This document shows positions 48,701 through 60,770 of a DNA stretch of 64,000 nucleotides, in pieces. Both the position numbers and the translations under genes were made by a program. Numbering within the stretch: position 1 is the first letter of the stretch; each line of letters begins with the position of its first letter. The notes beneath the pieces are model-generated. The model ran no database searches and had not been told where the DNA came from. It saw only the letters and a program-made list of their open reading frames with translations. Source of the DNA: Callorhinchus milii (Eukaryota); contig NW_024704742.1 in assembly GCF_018977255.1 (NCBI RefSeq), positions 115,818,001 to 115,882,000 of the forward strand. The letters run 5' to 3'.

Positions 48701-50540
48701 AATCCTCAATCCTTTAGTTATTTGAACTCAGAGCAACAGTGGAATACTACAGTTGGCTACAGAGTCTTACAAGTGCATAAGTAAAGGAGTTTGTTTCAAT
48801 TTTGAATTTCTGAAACTAATTATGTTCTACCGTTAAATCTCAATTCATTCAGGCATATTTTGGAGAGAGGTTTTAGGAAACCTGTATGTTTAGATATTTT
48901 AAAATTATTACACCAGTAGAATGTACATTTGTACCTATTTGGAGCTAAATTAAATTGAAAACTAGGTTTCATCACTATTTTTATTTTATTTTAGGAGTAT
49001 TTTGTTAAGTGCTACTGAAAAAAATATTTTGTGTAGTTATGACAAATTTTTAAACATTTTTAATTCATCCATGGCTCAGGGTAAGTGTATTACAAGGTGT
49101 ACAGTAGGACTGACCTTTAAGATCGAAAAGATCACAGCTAAAGTATAATAAAGAGTCTACAATTGTCTATAATATCCACAATCTAGGAATGGGAAAAGAG
49201 AACAGACAAGGATCATGCTTCAGTTCACTAACCAGCGACCCTCTGCTCAAAACAGATGTGACCATCAAGCCCCTAAATCAGTTAGCGTAAAGACACGACT
49301 TTCTAGGCCAATCACATCAAAGGATTGCCTATTTGAGCATGGTATTGGGAGACTGCCAATAACTCTGGAAATGCACCGCCGCATAAAGTACAGCCTGCTT
49401 TCAGCAAGAAGGGAGAACAAGGAAATAAAATAGGTTTTATTTATGAGAGATACAAGTTGCCTGATCTGGTTAAATCCAAAAAGAAGGTTCAACGTGAAAG
49501 AATTGATTTGAGAAAAGGAAGTGTTTGTGTTGAAGGGTGACCCTTCAAAAAAATCTCTTCTCCCAACACATAGTCTGACTGAATCTAAACATTGGGATTC
49601 TTATATTCAATCCGGACAAATAAAGTTAATTGAACCATCGATGACCATGACTGTGTACGGGCCGATATTCAAAACAATATTTGCAGGATTGTTTTCAGAA
49701 GCTCATTATTCAATAACTACTCCACAACTAGAAGATTGTAGATGTGTTTACTTTTTAAATGCTCGCACACAAATGACTGGTTTCTACCATCATTATGAGA
49801 TCACTACCAATTGATAATGCAGAGATATCTAGTTAAACATGTAAAATGTATATGAAATCTGCATTATCCATTTAAGAAAAGTTACAGTAAAAATGGCAAT
49901 CTTTACTTCCATTAATACAGAGCAATAATGTGACCTTTCTAATTTGACCTTTTTGTAAGGGTAAAATATGTAACCAATTGGAATTGCATTGCAAAACATC
50001 ACTATTAAAATATAATCTGCATTTCTCAGCACAGTTTGTAATCCACTTTTGCAAATTCTGAGTTTGTCTGTTCTACGATTAAACAGTTGCAGGATTTTAT
50101 TAAGTGAGCTCTGTGAAACACAAACTAGCCTTAACTAATCAGTTACATTAATAAATGGATTGCCTCTGTGTTCTGATATAGTTCAGATACCTGTTCAAAT
50201 CTATTTTCAATGTTAAAGCTACATTAAACATATTTTGGAATCTGTAGCCCGTGCGGTATGTATGTTTAGCAAGCTGGTTCTTGCTTTCCTTTACACAGTG
50301 AAGTGGCTTTTTGTCTCTGCCTTATGCTCATCAAAATAAGTTTGTGATCTCAAATAAGGAATTTGAGTTTTTAATAACCATTGATTTCTGATAAGTCAAA
50401 ACATATCGACCTATATTCTTCTAATCTGTAAATACATTTAATTTTCCATAAAATGTAAATTTTACAAATCTATCTTGTCACTTGTCTTTACTTTTAAATT
50501 TTGTCCTTGTAAATAAATGTCATATTAGAAATTCTGTCTG
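45709..50540 (+). other. FCHO2: FCHO2 3' UTR, probably with alternative poly(A) sites; 3' end uncertain
   Basis: AT-rich and poor in young repeats. AATAAA occurs at 46613, 46915, 47848, 47965 and 50512, among others. TGTAAATA (Pumilio-type) at 50427 and 50508 precedes the distal site, after which repeats resume. Confidence 0.5.
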
Positions 50541-50574
50541 AGTGTTGTACATTTAAGTACATAACTAAATTGTA

Positions 50575-50880
50575 TATTGTCAGAGGTGCCATCCTTCAGG
50601 TGAGACTTTAAACCAAGGTCCGGTTTGCCTGTTCAGGTGAATGTTAAAGATCCCATGGCAATATTCGAAGAACTGAAGGGAGCTTCTGTTATTGTGGCCA
50701 ACAATCCCCCAGATAAACAAATTGGTTATTCACTTCATGGCTGTTTGGGGACATTGTTGTGCATAGGTTAGCTGGCACATTTGCCTAAAAGTGCATGGGC
50801 CCTAACTTTGCAAGAAGCTGAAGTGCCTTCACATTTCAACATGATAAAACATTATATGAACTACAAGGATTATTATTATT
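50575..50880 (+). mobile_element. older Deu-domain SINE fragment
   Basis: gaggtgccatccttcaggtgagac..aaagatcccatggca..gctgtttggggacattgttgtgca. Confidence 0.65.
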
Positions 50881-51104
50881 TTGGTGACTGGATTGTCCCA
50901 CCCCTGTTATACAGGAACCTGTGTGTGGCACATCTTTGCTGTTATTTTGGTTGCTAATGTTAGAAGTAACTAGTTGAAAATAGGCTGATGAGGTTGAAAC
51001 ATTTCCTCAAATCAGTTAACTAAAAACTACAGTAATTACTCTCCAATGGCAGTAAACATTTTCTGGTGACAAGCTCAAGACCAGGACTGGAGAAGTCTGA
51101 GAAT

Positions 51105-52200
51105 ATTGGTCACTTTTACCACCACTCTGTTGTCCACAGCCTCTCCTCTCACCTCCACCTCAATGGTTCTGTCCTTGCCTGGTTTTAATCCTACCTTTCC
51201 CACCGTCTGCACGTTGTGGCCACCAACAGCTTCTCCTCCAGCCACCGCACTGTCACGTGTGAAGTCCCTCAGGGATGTGTCCTCGATCCCCTACTCATCA
51301 GGGTATACATGCTCCTGCTCGGCGATATCATCCACAAGCACAGGGTTAATTTCCACATGTATGCAGATGACGCCCAACTCTATCTCACCGCCTCTATCCT
51401 CGACTACAGGACTGTTGATGTCCTGGCTAATTGTCTGCCTGACATCAAGTCTTGGACGAAAGCCAACTTCCTCCAGCTCAATGTTGGCAAAACAGAGGCC
51501 CTCCTTCTTGACTCCCGGCAGCGTCTCCTCACCCCAGCTGCTGATGTTATCACCATTGATGGCTGCACTCTTCACCGAGCCAATCCGAAACCTCGGTGTC
51601 CTTTTCATTATGTCCTGGCTTGACTACGCCAACTGCCCACTGACTGGACTTCCCACTCTTCCCTCCACAAGCTACAGATTATTCAGAACTTTGCAGCTCG
51701 TGTCCTCTCCCGCATCAGGCTCCAGGAACCCATCATTCCCGTTCTTGCCTGGCTTCACTGACTCCCCATTCCTCGGAGAATCGAGTACAAAACCCTCGTT
51801 CTTACCTTCAAGGTCCTCCATGGTCTTGCTCCCTCCTACCTCTCCAACCTCATAACCCCATATCAACTTTTCCATTCCCTCCAATCGGCCCCCCCACACT
51901 TCCCGGCCCACCATTGGTGGTCAGGCATTCAGCATCTCTGCCCCCACTCTGGAACTCTGTCCCACAAACCCTCCACCTCATCCCCTCTCTTGCCTCCTTC
52001 AAGTTTCAAGTACCATCTGAAGACCCTCCCTGAAGACCACTCTCTTCGTGCCTTCGGCCACCCTCCCAACCCCAACACTACCGCCCCCACCCTCCTCCCC
52101 TTCTGACTCCAACTCTCAGTTCGGATCCAAAAATTCCTGACTGTCCAACGCCCTGGGCCATCTTTCCAACGTGAAGGGCGCTATACAAGCATAATTTGTT
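51105..52200 (+). mobile_element. L2 LINE 3' fragment with RT core
   Basis: ORF 51216..51623 VPQGCVLDPLL..FHMYADDAQLY..FLQLNVGKTE; canonical tail. Confidence 0.9.
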
Positions 52201-52884
52201 CTGTTTGGAATAATGAGGCAAGATCTTTGAAAAGGTAGAAATAAAGTTAGATATAATACACTCAAAAATAAATCCTATTATTGTGTCAATGCAATGATTA
52301 GATAAGTCTTGTAACCAGAAGTCAATTGCAAGACACAGTATCAGATAGACAAGAATAATAAAACTCGCCGAGTGCAAGCAAACAGTAGTGAGTCAATGCA
52401 CAACTATCACTCAGTCATGACAAACAGTCACCCCCTAGCCTGTGAGAAGACATTCCGATATCTAATACTTGGGTTATTTTCACACGTAAATGTTTAAATT
52501 AGTTTTATGCCTTTGCAGTATAACTAATTGTGTGAAGATGAAGAAGTGAGAGAGGCCAAAATCTGAAACAGATGCTGGTATAGCTCCGGTTACACAGTTC
52601 AATTTGCATTCCTGCAACGCTCTATGTACACTCTGCTAATCCTGTATCACTTCCAAGATAACAACCGTGGTTTTCATTGATCCACATTATCAATGCAAAT
52701 AAAAGACGGTTGCTACAATGGTATTAATCCTATGATTTCACATTTTAAAAACTTACATTTGTCTCTGGGGAAAAAACTATATGAAAACTTGGTGCAGTTA
52801 CCAAATAGGGGAGGAATGTAATAAAAGTTTATATGTCAAATGCAAGGACTATTGTCATAATTCTGCAGAGGTCACATGTATTCT

Positions 52885-53153
52885 GAGTCCTATACCTCAT
52901 TGTTTAGAGCACTTGCCTCACAAGCAAGAGACCTGGGTTCAATTCCTGGCAAGGCGAAACATTGGGCAAGTTTCCTTACTCCACACGCCTCTGTTTACCT
53001 AGCAGTAAGTAGTTGTTAGTTGATTGGAGGATCGTTTTTCCGGGGGTAATAATTCCTTCAAATAATAAATTGGTCACTTCAATCCACAGTTGTTTGTAGG
53101 ACAATTGGCTGGTGTGTTTCATGTGACAAGGCACTTATCAAATGCAAGAATTA
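52885..53153 (+). mobile_element. SINE, long subfamily, internally deleted
   Basis: Head, body and tail recognisable. Confidence 0.82.
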
Positions 53154-53839
53154 TCAAAGTGTGCAGTATACTTTTGTTTTGCGTGAGCCCAACAATTTTA
53201 GATTTTTTTTAAGTCCTTAATGTTATATTTTTTAACCCAATCCCAAAATGATCCTTTCCTGTAAATTTCATTATTCCGAGGAATCACATTACATACACTT
53301 AAGGTGTATGTTGGAGAATTGCTGAAGAATCCAGATACAGACTGGGTCAGTTAAAACAAGTTAAATGGTTTGCACCGGGAAGGACAAGGACAGAGCTGGG
53401 ATGTAACCTCGTGTGATGAGAGACGTGGCAATTTTCCAAATTCTAATGGATCAGATAATTGATCCAGGATTTTCTAGTGCAAACTTTAGTAATTCACTCG
53501 AAAACTGCAATAGGGAAAAGATGAAACTGTGAACTCCAAAATTTTTATTGATTGTGTCTATTTTTAGCTAGTTTAAAGGACGATAAGGTAACTTCTTCAG
53601 TCTGCCCAGATAGTGGAAGGTATTTGCAATGAGTTGCACATTGATAACTTTAATCGTATATTTTGTCTGTCTTGGTGCTGAGAGTGGAAGAAAGTGATGT
53701 ATTTTTCTCTTCCTTAGTATTCGCAGGTTACAGGGTTCAGGTTGCAATATGGGTTTTGTAAACAAACTACAAAGGTTCTTGAAAGATCGGTGTCATTTCT
53801 GGGATATGCTATTTTAAAAACAAATTGAGGGAAAGGAAA

Positions 53840-54062
53840 AAAACTCCCATGGCACTATTCAAAAAGAAAAGGGAGTTTCTCCCGGTGTCCGGACCAACAA
53901 TAAATACCCTCACTCCACGGCTGTCTGTGGGACATTACTGTGCGAAAACTGGCTGCCGTGTTTCGCACACAAAACGCATGATCAATGCACTTTACAGTAT
54001 TGAGAAGTGCTTTGAGACGTCTCAACGACATAGAAAGTTCTCTTATCAAATGCAAGGACTAT
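53840..54062 (+). mobile_element. older Deu-SINE 3' part
   Basis: cccatggcactattc..gggacattactgtgcgaaaactggctgccgtgtttc..tail. Confidence 0.65.
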
Positions 54063-54328
54063 TATCTGCCTCAAAGCTCATTTGGCTTCATTCTGCCTTG
54101 CTCTGATGTGTGCCTGGTCTCCAACACACAGGTCACAGTATGACATGTGACATATATGTCTATGTTTCCATGTTATGGAGTAAAATAAAACCAATTGTAG
54201 TGACCAAACATCAGCAGCATCAAGATTTACATTATTTAAATTGTGTCCAGGTACATTATTTGAGTGTACAACAATTCCTTTCATGCAAAACAGCCTGCTT
54301 GCAGTCACTTCTGAAACTATAAACAGAG

Positions 54329-54572
54329 GGCAGGATGAAATCTTGGGCAAGTTTCCTTACTCCACACGGCTGATAATAATCCCTCAAGAAAAAAATAATA
54401 AATTGGTCAATTCAATCCATGACTGTTTGTGGGACACTGCTGTGCGCAATTGGCTGCCGCTTTTCGTCCACAAATATACAGTCAATTCACTTTACAGTAT
54501 ATTCTGTGAAGCGCTTTGAGACATCTAGAAGACGTGAAAAGCGCTATATCAAATGCAAGGATTATTATATTA
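54329..54572 (+). mobile_element. SINE, 5'-truncated, short-type
   Basis: Body and tail match. Confidence 0.85.
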
Positions 54573-55139
54573 TTTAAGATGGATCCTTCCGAAGCACTGT
54601 TAATTCTAAGACAAACTTTGATCTCCTTTTTATGATTGAATATATGCCCCGGTTTTATTAAGTAAGTTTTTGAACACAACCTAGGCTTAAAGAATATTCA
54701 GCTGATTCGAAAAATGAACTTTTTGGGAGCCCTGGAAAAAGAAAGGCAAGCAGGTGAGTGAAACCGAATTACCAATAGCCTGAATTGCAACCGTTTCTGG
54801 GGTTGCCATAATGTATGTCCCTGCAGCATAACCCTGGCTTCTGTCAATATCTACTGAAGGCAATCTCCAGATAAAGTCATCAAACACATTGACCCGCATT
54901 ATTCTCTCAATACCTGAGCATGTGATCCCAGAGTCCTAATTCAACTGCCTAAATAGGGGTTGCAACACAGGAGTCAAAATACAGCATCAAAAATTAATTT
55001 ATAGCTCACACAGACATCTTAAGGAAGTCAGTGACAAAGCTAAGCTAAATGAATGAACAATGAAAAATAAGCAAATAAGCAAATAAAAAAAAATAAGCAA
55101 AGCACTATCCAGCTTTTCACATCAAATTAGACGAATACT

Positions 55140-55466
55140 GGAGTCCTGTAGCTCAGTGGTTAGAGCACTCGCTTTGCAAGTGAGGGACCTGAGTTCAATT
55201 CCAGGCAGGACGAAACCTTGGGCAAGTTTCCTTACTCCACACGCCTGATAATAATCCCTCCAAAAAACAAAAAACAATAATTAAATTGGTCATTTTCAAT
55301 CTACGACTGTTTGTGGGACATTGCTGTGCGCAATTGGCTCCCGCGTTCGCCCACAAATATAGTCAATTCACTTTACAGTGTATTCTGTGAAGCGCTTTGG
55401 GACGTCCTCCCGACGTGAAAAGCGCTATATCAAATGCAAGGATTATTATTATTATTATTATTATTA
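55140..55466 (+). mobile_element. tRNA-derived SINE, full length, short subfamily (young)
   Basis: Intact A/B boxes and CpGs, long (ATT)n tail, possible TACTG target duplication. Confidence 0.93.
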
Positions 55467-55774
55467 CTGCATCTGAATAGGAAGTATAAAAGGCTTTTGG
55501 AAAAAAGCAGGAGACTGAACAAAAGGATTTACTGCCATGATGGGCTGAATGGATTGCTCAAATATTCTGTGCTTAAAAATTCAATGTTACAAAGTAAACT
55601 GCTACTTTAAATACCGCACTACAAGGAATTCTGTGATTACTTCTGAATGGTCAAAACCTGATGTTCATGTAGACATTGACAATATGATAAAGAATGTGTC
55701 AAGGTTAAAAACATTTCTACCAACCACTCAATTGGCAAAGCTACTGCCTCATATTTAAACAACAATAAGTTGTG

Positions 55775-56093
55775 TAGCATAGTAGTTAGCACACTTGCCC
55801 CGGGCAGGGCGAAACCTTAGGCAAGTTTCCTCACTCCACACGCCTCTGTTCACCTAGCATTAAGTAGGAACCTGGTTGTTAGTCAATTGGCAGATCACTT
55901 TCTGGGGGTAATCCTCAAAAAAAAATTAGTCACTCAATCCAAGACTGTTTGTGGGTCGCTGCTGTGGGCAATAGGCTGCTGCGTTTTGCCCACATAATAC
56001 AGTCAATTCTCTTTTTATGGTATATTCTGTGAATGCTTTGAGATGTCTCAACAACATGATAAGGTGCTATATTAAATGCAAATATTATTATTA
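55775..56093 (+). mobile_element. SINE, long subfamily, degraded
   Basis: Body and tail match. Confidence 0.8.
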
Positions 56094-56289
56094 ATTATAA
56101 GATTTAGGAAAATCCCAGATTCAATCCAGGTACCAATCTGTGTTGATTCAGGTGATCTCAGATGGCAGTAGTGGGAATATTACAATTTGCTTTAGCGCTC
56201 TGGTAAGAAAAAAGTAAGATTATACGCAAGCATTGGAACACAAGGAAATTAAACTTTCAGGATTTTATAATTCACTGCCAATGTATCTA

Positions 56290-56641
56290 TAGGGTGTTCA
56301 CAAAGTCCTGTTAACCCCATGTTTTTCTTTCCTACAGTGCACTGACCTACACTGTAGGAGCTACAATCCATTGACGTGGAAGAATGATGATAATTGTATT
56401 TAGAAGTACTTCATTATATTCAATACAAGTGTATTCAGACGTCCAGAGGGTTGGTGTGAGCGCCATCATTTTCATGGCAGATAACGATTTGTCGCCATGT
56501 TCATAATCCGTATTGTGGATGGAGTAAGTGACAAAGTTGCTGGTATCAGACCTTGTTACACTTGACTCATCTGCAACAGAAAATAAAACTTCATTGTAAG
56601 AAAAAAACACAAGGGGGTAATATGACTTTGTGTACACCCTG
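56290..56641. mobile_element. non-autonomous Tc1/mariner-type MITE, 352 bp
   Basis: TA on both sides; ~50-bp imperfect TIRs: left TAGGGTGTTCACAAAGTCCTGTTAACCCC, right (rc) CAGGGTGTACACAAAGTCATATTACCCCC. Confidence 0.8.
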
Positions 56642-56759
56642 TACAATGCTGTGGTAATCAGTAATGACTTGCAAAAGAAAGGTGATGCTCCAGTTGCTTA
56701 TAAATCAATTAAAATGACTGTCCATAGAGTTAATGCAGCCTCCAAAAAAAAACATTTTA

Positions 56760-57297
56760 CTGTGAAGGAAGGCGGAAGTGACTCTCGTTTGAGAAGCAGT
56801 TACAATTTGGTTTGTAATCTGCTCAAGGTTATCATCAATTTTCAAACTCGCCAGATTGCTCCTTATTGAACTTTGTTGGGTGCGTTTCGATTGATTATTA
56901 CCAGGGTGTAATGGCAACGCGCTGATCCTGATTGACCTGCAGTATGACAGTGGTTTTATTACCTTACACACACTTCAAGGGTCAACAAAAAAAAATGCTC
57001 AAGGATCCTGATCCAGACTGGATCCGTCAGGAAAAACTGAGAATCGGTTTACACAAGATAGGGCAGAGGAGGCAGCTCTGTGGTAATAGGGGCGGGAACA
57101 TTGCTCAAACCCTGTCACATTTAAGAACACCAATTCAACAAAATCTCTCATGTGGTGGATGTGCTGCAAGCCTCTGTTGATCTGCTGCCAGAAAGTCATC
57201 ATTAGCCCTTTTTTTTAATGTAACACGGATGAAGAAGTGAACTTTTTTTACACGCACACAGCAATTGCATCTGTTTCACAGTTCTGGGGCAACTCAG
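56760..57297 (+). promoter_or_regulatory. putative TMEM171 promoter and non-coding first exon
   Basis: Repeat-free stretch with ETS-like GGCGGAAGTG (56771), HNF4-like TGAACTTTG (~56867), GC box GGGGCGGG (~57088) and donor CAG|gtaaca at 57297/57298; motif-level inference only. Confidence 0.3.
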
Positions 57298-58567
57298 GTA
57301 ACACAAAGTTCTGTTCTCTAAGATATGTTTTAGTAAAAGTGTTTGCTTATTAACCTGCAAAATGAATGCATTGTATGTGTGGGGTGTGGTGGTGTGTGTG
57401 GGGTGGGGAGGGGGGAGTTTGTATTTAGGTCACACGATTGTGCTTTTGTAATTGAATAAAATAATCCCATTTCCATCTAAAGTGGTAAGTTTTCTATGTT
57501 GATGCAACTAATTGCAGATCCTCATTGCCATTTTGGGGCTCAGCTTGGGATAATACAGTACATCCATCCTCTTGGTATTTCTCTCTGGCGATGACCTGGT
57601 TTGTAATTTTTTTAAAAAAAACAAATAAAACTTTCCAATAGAAATTTGACCGAGCCAGAGTCTGATCCGGCTCCAGTTGTCTGGAATTGATAGGGATTTG
57701 GGAGTTGCTTGTCCAGGACCTGGGCTCCTCTTAGCCTGCAGACTCCCAGAGGTTATAACTGGGCAAACTATCAGCCAAAAAAGGTTCACTCTTGTACTAT
57801 TTAATGTTCCCTGTCAGAGATATTGTGTGGGGAGGGGGGAGGTCGACAATCAGCTGTGATTTACAGGGAATTCCCTCAGGCAACTAAATATTTCTCAAAT
57901 ACAGAATTCAGAAACTAGCATGTGCAAATATTCCGCTGATCAAGGTATAACTGGAATAGTTGCCACAAGGTATATATGGGCATAAGTCAAGTCGCCTTCA
58001 GTTGACCTCCTGGGAGCAGAGGAGGAGTGTGAATGTGAGCACTATAAGGGGCATTATCATCAGGAATATAAACCATGTTTGAACAGAAACTGTGACGAGT
58101 TATTGATGGCGAGGATGCTGGTGTTTTGTGCTTGTGAGGTGTGTGGGTGCTCCTAATGGAGAATGCATGTCATTTCAGTGACCAGACTGTTCTGGTTTGA
58201 GTTTACCTTTTCACCATAATCCTATCTCCTCCAACACTGAAGGGTGAGCCTCTCGTTGACGATTGTTATATTACTTACAGTTACATCGACTAATTGTATA
58301 TCATTTTTATTCCTAACTTGCAGGACAATCTTGGCCAGAACTATGAAATTGTACAAACATCTTGTCATAATGCTTTACAACACAGGTGCCTTGTAATGAT
58401 TAATTTTTGCAGTGTTCATGTTAAAGCAGGTTGGTGAGGTGCTTCAGGAAGCCAGAGTGGAAATGGTATGTTTCCTGTCACTGTCAAAAGAATAAACTCG
58501 CTACAATACTGTATCCACAGGCACTGCATACCATCAGAGGAACAGAGCTTCTCACTCCTCTTAACTG

Positions 58568-59183
58568 ATGCTCCGTGCGAATGTTCCAGTGCTGGCAAGG
58601 ACGGGGGGAGTTGGAGGCAGCACACTGGGGTTTCTCTTATTAATATTTGGCCTTTCGTTCCTGTCCTCTGGACTCCTTATTGCTATCTTTGCGTTCCAGC
58701 CTTGTGATCTTGAAGATACTCGTGACTGCAATGCAATCCTCAAGATAACGGGACTCAGTCTGGGTGCATTGGGGTTAGGATTCATTCTGCTGTCAAGATC
58801 CAAAATTCGGGTTAAAGCGAGTGAGAGACAGCTGGGAGCAGCTGAGAGCAGCCACTATGGGCCAAAGGCCCCTGTAATCCGTTTCCTCATCTGCATCTGT
58901 TGCTCCAGTGGAGTGTTGCTAACTCTGGTTGGAGTCCGGGTTACCAGCTGTCCTGGAGCCATGGAAAACCAGGCGTTGAATTCAACCAGTGCCTTTGCTG
59001 AAGCCGGGGACTGTAAGCTGCTCTTCCTGCAGATCATGGGACCAATATTAACTTTTGTTGGCATTTGCCTCTTATTCATTTCCCATGTCAGAAGAAGGGA
59101 GGATTTGGCTGAGCGGGAAGAAAATACACCCATAGATGAACATCAGCAGTCACAGGGACCGGCGTCTTATCAGATCACAATGG
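58568..59183 (+). CDS. TMEM171: TMEM171 (transmembrane protein 171), first coding exon; 3'-partial
   Basis: ORF with four hydrophobic segments and TMEM171 hallmarks (IFAFQPC..DC..LK, LLSRS, SG.LL.L.G, LQIMGP, ends QITMG). In-frame TAA lies just upstream of the ATG; G|gtgagt phase-1 donor at 59183/59184; likely acceptor at 58520. The next exon (PPPPPY) was not seen in the window. Confidence 0.92.
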
Positions 59184-59607
59184 GTGAGTGAGAGGATAAA
59201 GTAGAGATAGTAGCATCTTGCAAATGTGTCTAGAAACTCCATTAGGAATTGGCGTGGCTCCTCAGCTATCCCTCCTATTGCTACAGTACTAAAAGCAAGG
59301 GAGGGTGGTTATATACTTGGATATTCCTTCCCATTCCTTCAAGCGTCAGTCAGTCTGGACACAATGATCCCAAACTGGATTCTGCAACCTGAAATAGTGC
59401 ATGGGAGCATAATACTGTACTGACCCACTCCTGTGCTGTGAACTTTATTTCCCTTTTCATGCATTTAATCACCAAACCATTAAAGGTTCCTTCACCAAGA
59501 TGTTTAAAATCTACCCCAGCTTCACAGGGGAATCAAATGACAACATAACATTTGAATGTAGAAATATCTCTTTTCAAGAGTATTGTGCCAATCCTGATTC
59601 TTTTTCG

Positions 59608-59860
59608 TGGGGACTGGGAGATGCAGTGAATTAAGATGAAACACACTGATCTTTCTCCTCTGGGACCTGGGTTTAAATACAGCTCAGTCTGAGGGGATGA
59701 ACATCTTGTCAAAAGTGAAACGAGTTGAGGCTTTCTCGACCAAGATCCCAGCAGATGTGTTCAGAACGTAAGCCAGGCAGAGGATGAAAAAGGCCCATGT
59801 GAGGAATCAGTGTCACGAGTGCAGTAGGGGGTGCTCTCAGATTAAGATTAAGCTAAAACA
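59608..59860 (+). mobile_element. LF-SINE-like ancient SINE
   Basis: Ordered blocks ggggactgg, ctttctcctctggg, gggtttaaatacagctcag, gtgaaacgagttg resemble the LF-SINE consensus as recalled. Confidence 0.5.
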
Positions 59861-60479
59861 TGCCGTTAGAAAGTAGTTTAATTCTTCTAATGCCTGACTG
59901 AGCAGTGCTTTATTACTGACCCAGTAATAAAAGGAGAACGTGTTCATTGTCCAGGACTATATCTTTGCATTCAGGCTAAAATTCACCAACAATATTCTAT
60001 TAATATTGTAATAGACTACAGCAAAACTTTAGACTTTTTAAAAAAAAGACGACTTTCAATATCCATATTAAATACTATTTTGCACTGAGTATTCAGAAAA
60101 TTATAGATATAGAAAGAACCTTCATTGTTACAATGCTTCTTTCTTCTCTTCACTTCAAACAGCACATGCAATTAATGCCAAGTGTAGTGACTGTATTTGT
60201 AGGCAAACATGGCAGCAAGATCCCTCGTGGCTAATTAATTGTTGGCCAGTGACACTGGGAGAAAGTGTAAGATTGTTGGCCAGTGACACTGGAAGAAAGA
60301 CTGTTCTCCTTTCCAGTATTTAAGGTTCATCTGAGCAGGTAAATGAAACCATGGTTTAACATCACCAATGTAGCGCTCCTCAATCCTACACTAGAGTGTA
60401 GTCCTAGAAATATGATTTTAGAGATAAATTTATTGGTGTTTGTCAATTTTGTATTTGAAGTTTCCAAAGAGATTAGCTT

Positions 60480-60670
60480 TTAATAATAATAATTAATTGG
60501 TCACTTAATCCACTACCATTTGTGGGACACTGCTGTGCACTATTGGCTGCCGTGTTTCACCCCCAAAATATAAAGTCAATTCACTTTACAATATATTCTG
60601 TGAAGCGCTTTGAGACATCTCAATGACGTGATAAGGCGCTATGTCAAATGGAAGGATTATTATTATTATT
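60480..60670 (+). mobile_element. SINE, 5'-truncated
   Basis: Body and tail match. Confidence 0.85.
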
Positions 60671-60770
60671 GCCTGTCACCCTTCACTGCTCTGTTTAAAA
60701 GTTTCAATCTGGCTGCTTAAAGGGAGGCTGGGAGTAATCACTTTATGTGGAATTTTTCCCTCTCCTTATA

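Noticed and set aside
51106..51855. Long ORFs of 130-250 aa here and at 1218, 6448, 7110, 7215 and 9400
   Set aside because: Frameshifted or off-frame readings of C-rich L2 remnants; not host genes and not intact retroelements
56347..56646. Minus-strand 99-aa ORF
   Set aside because: Lies essentially within the MITE; no transposase or other recognisable domain
58468..58707. Overlapping upstream ORF of TMEM171
   Set aside because: Its ATG lies upstream of the likely acceptor at 58520 and so is probably intronic; no recognisable homology
60238..60300. Short tandem duplications and microsatellites (also 21092-21130, 44565-44603, 971-996, 31297-31329)
   Set aside because: Ordinary slippage products with no sign of function
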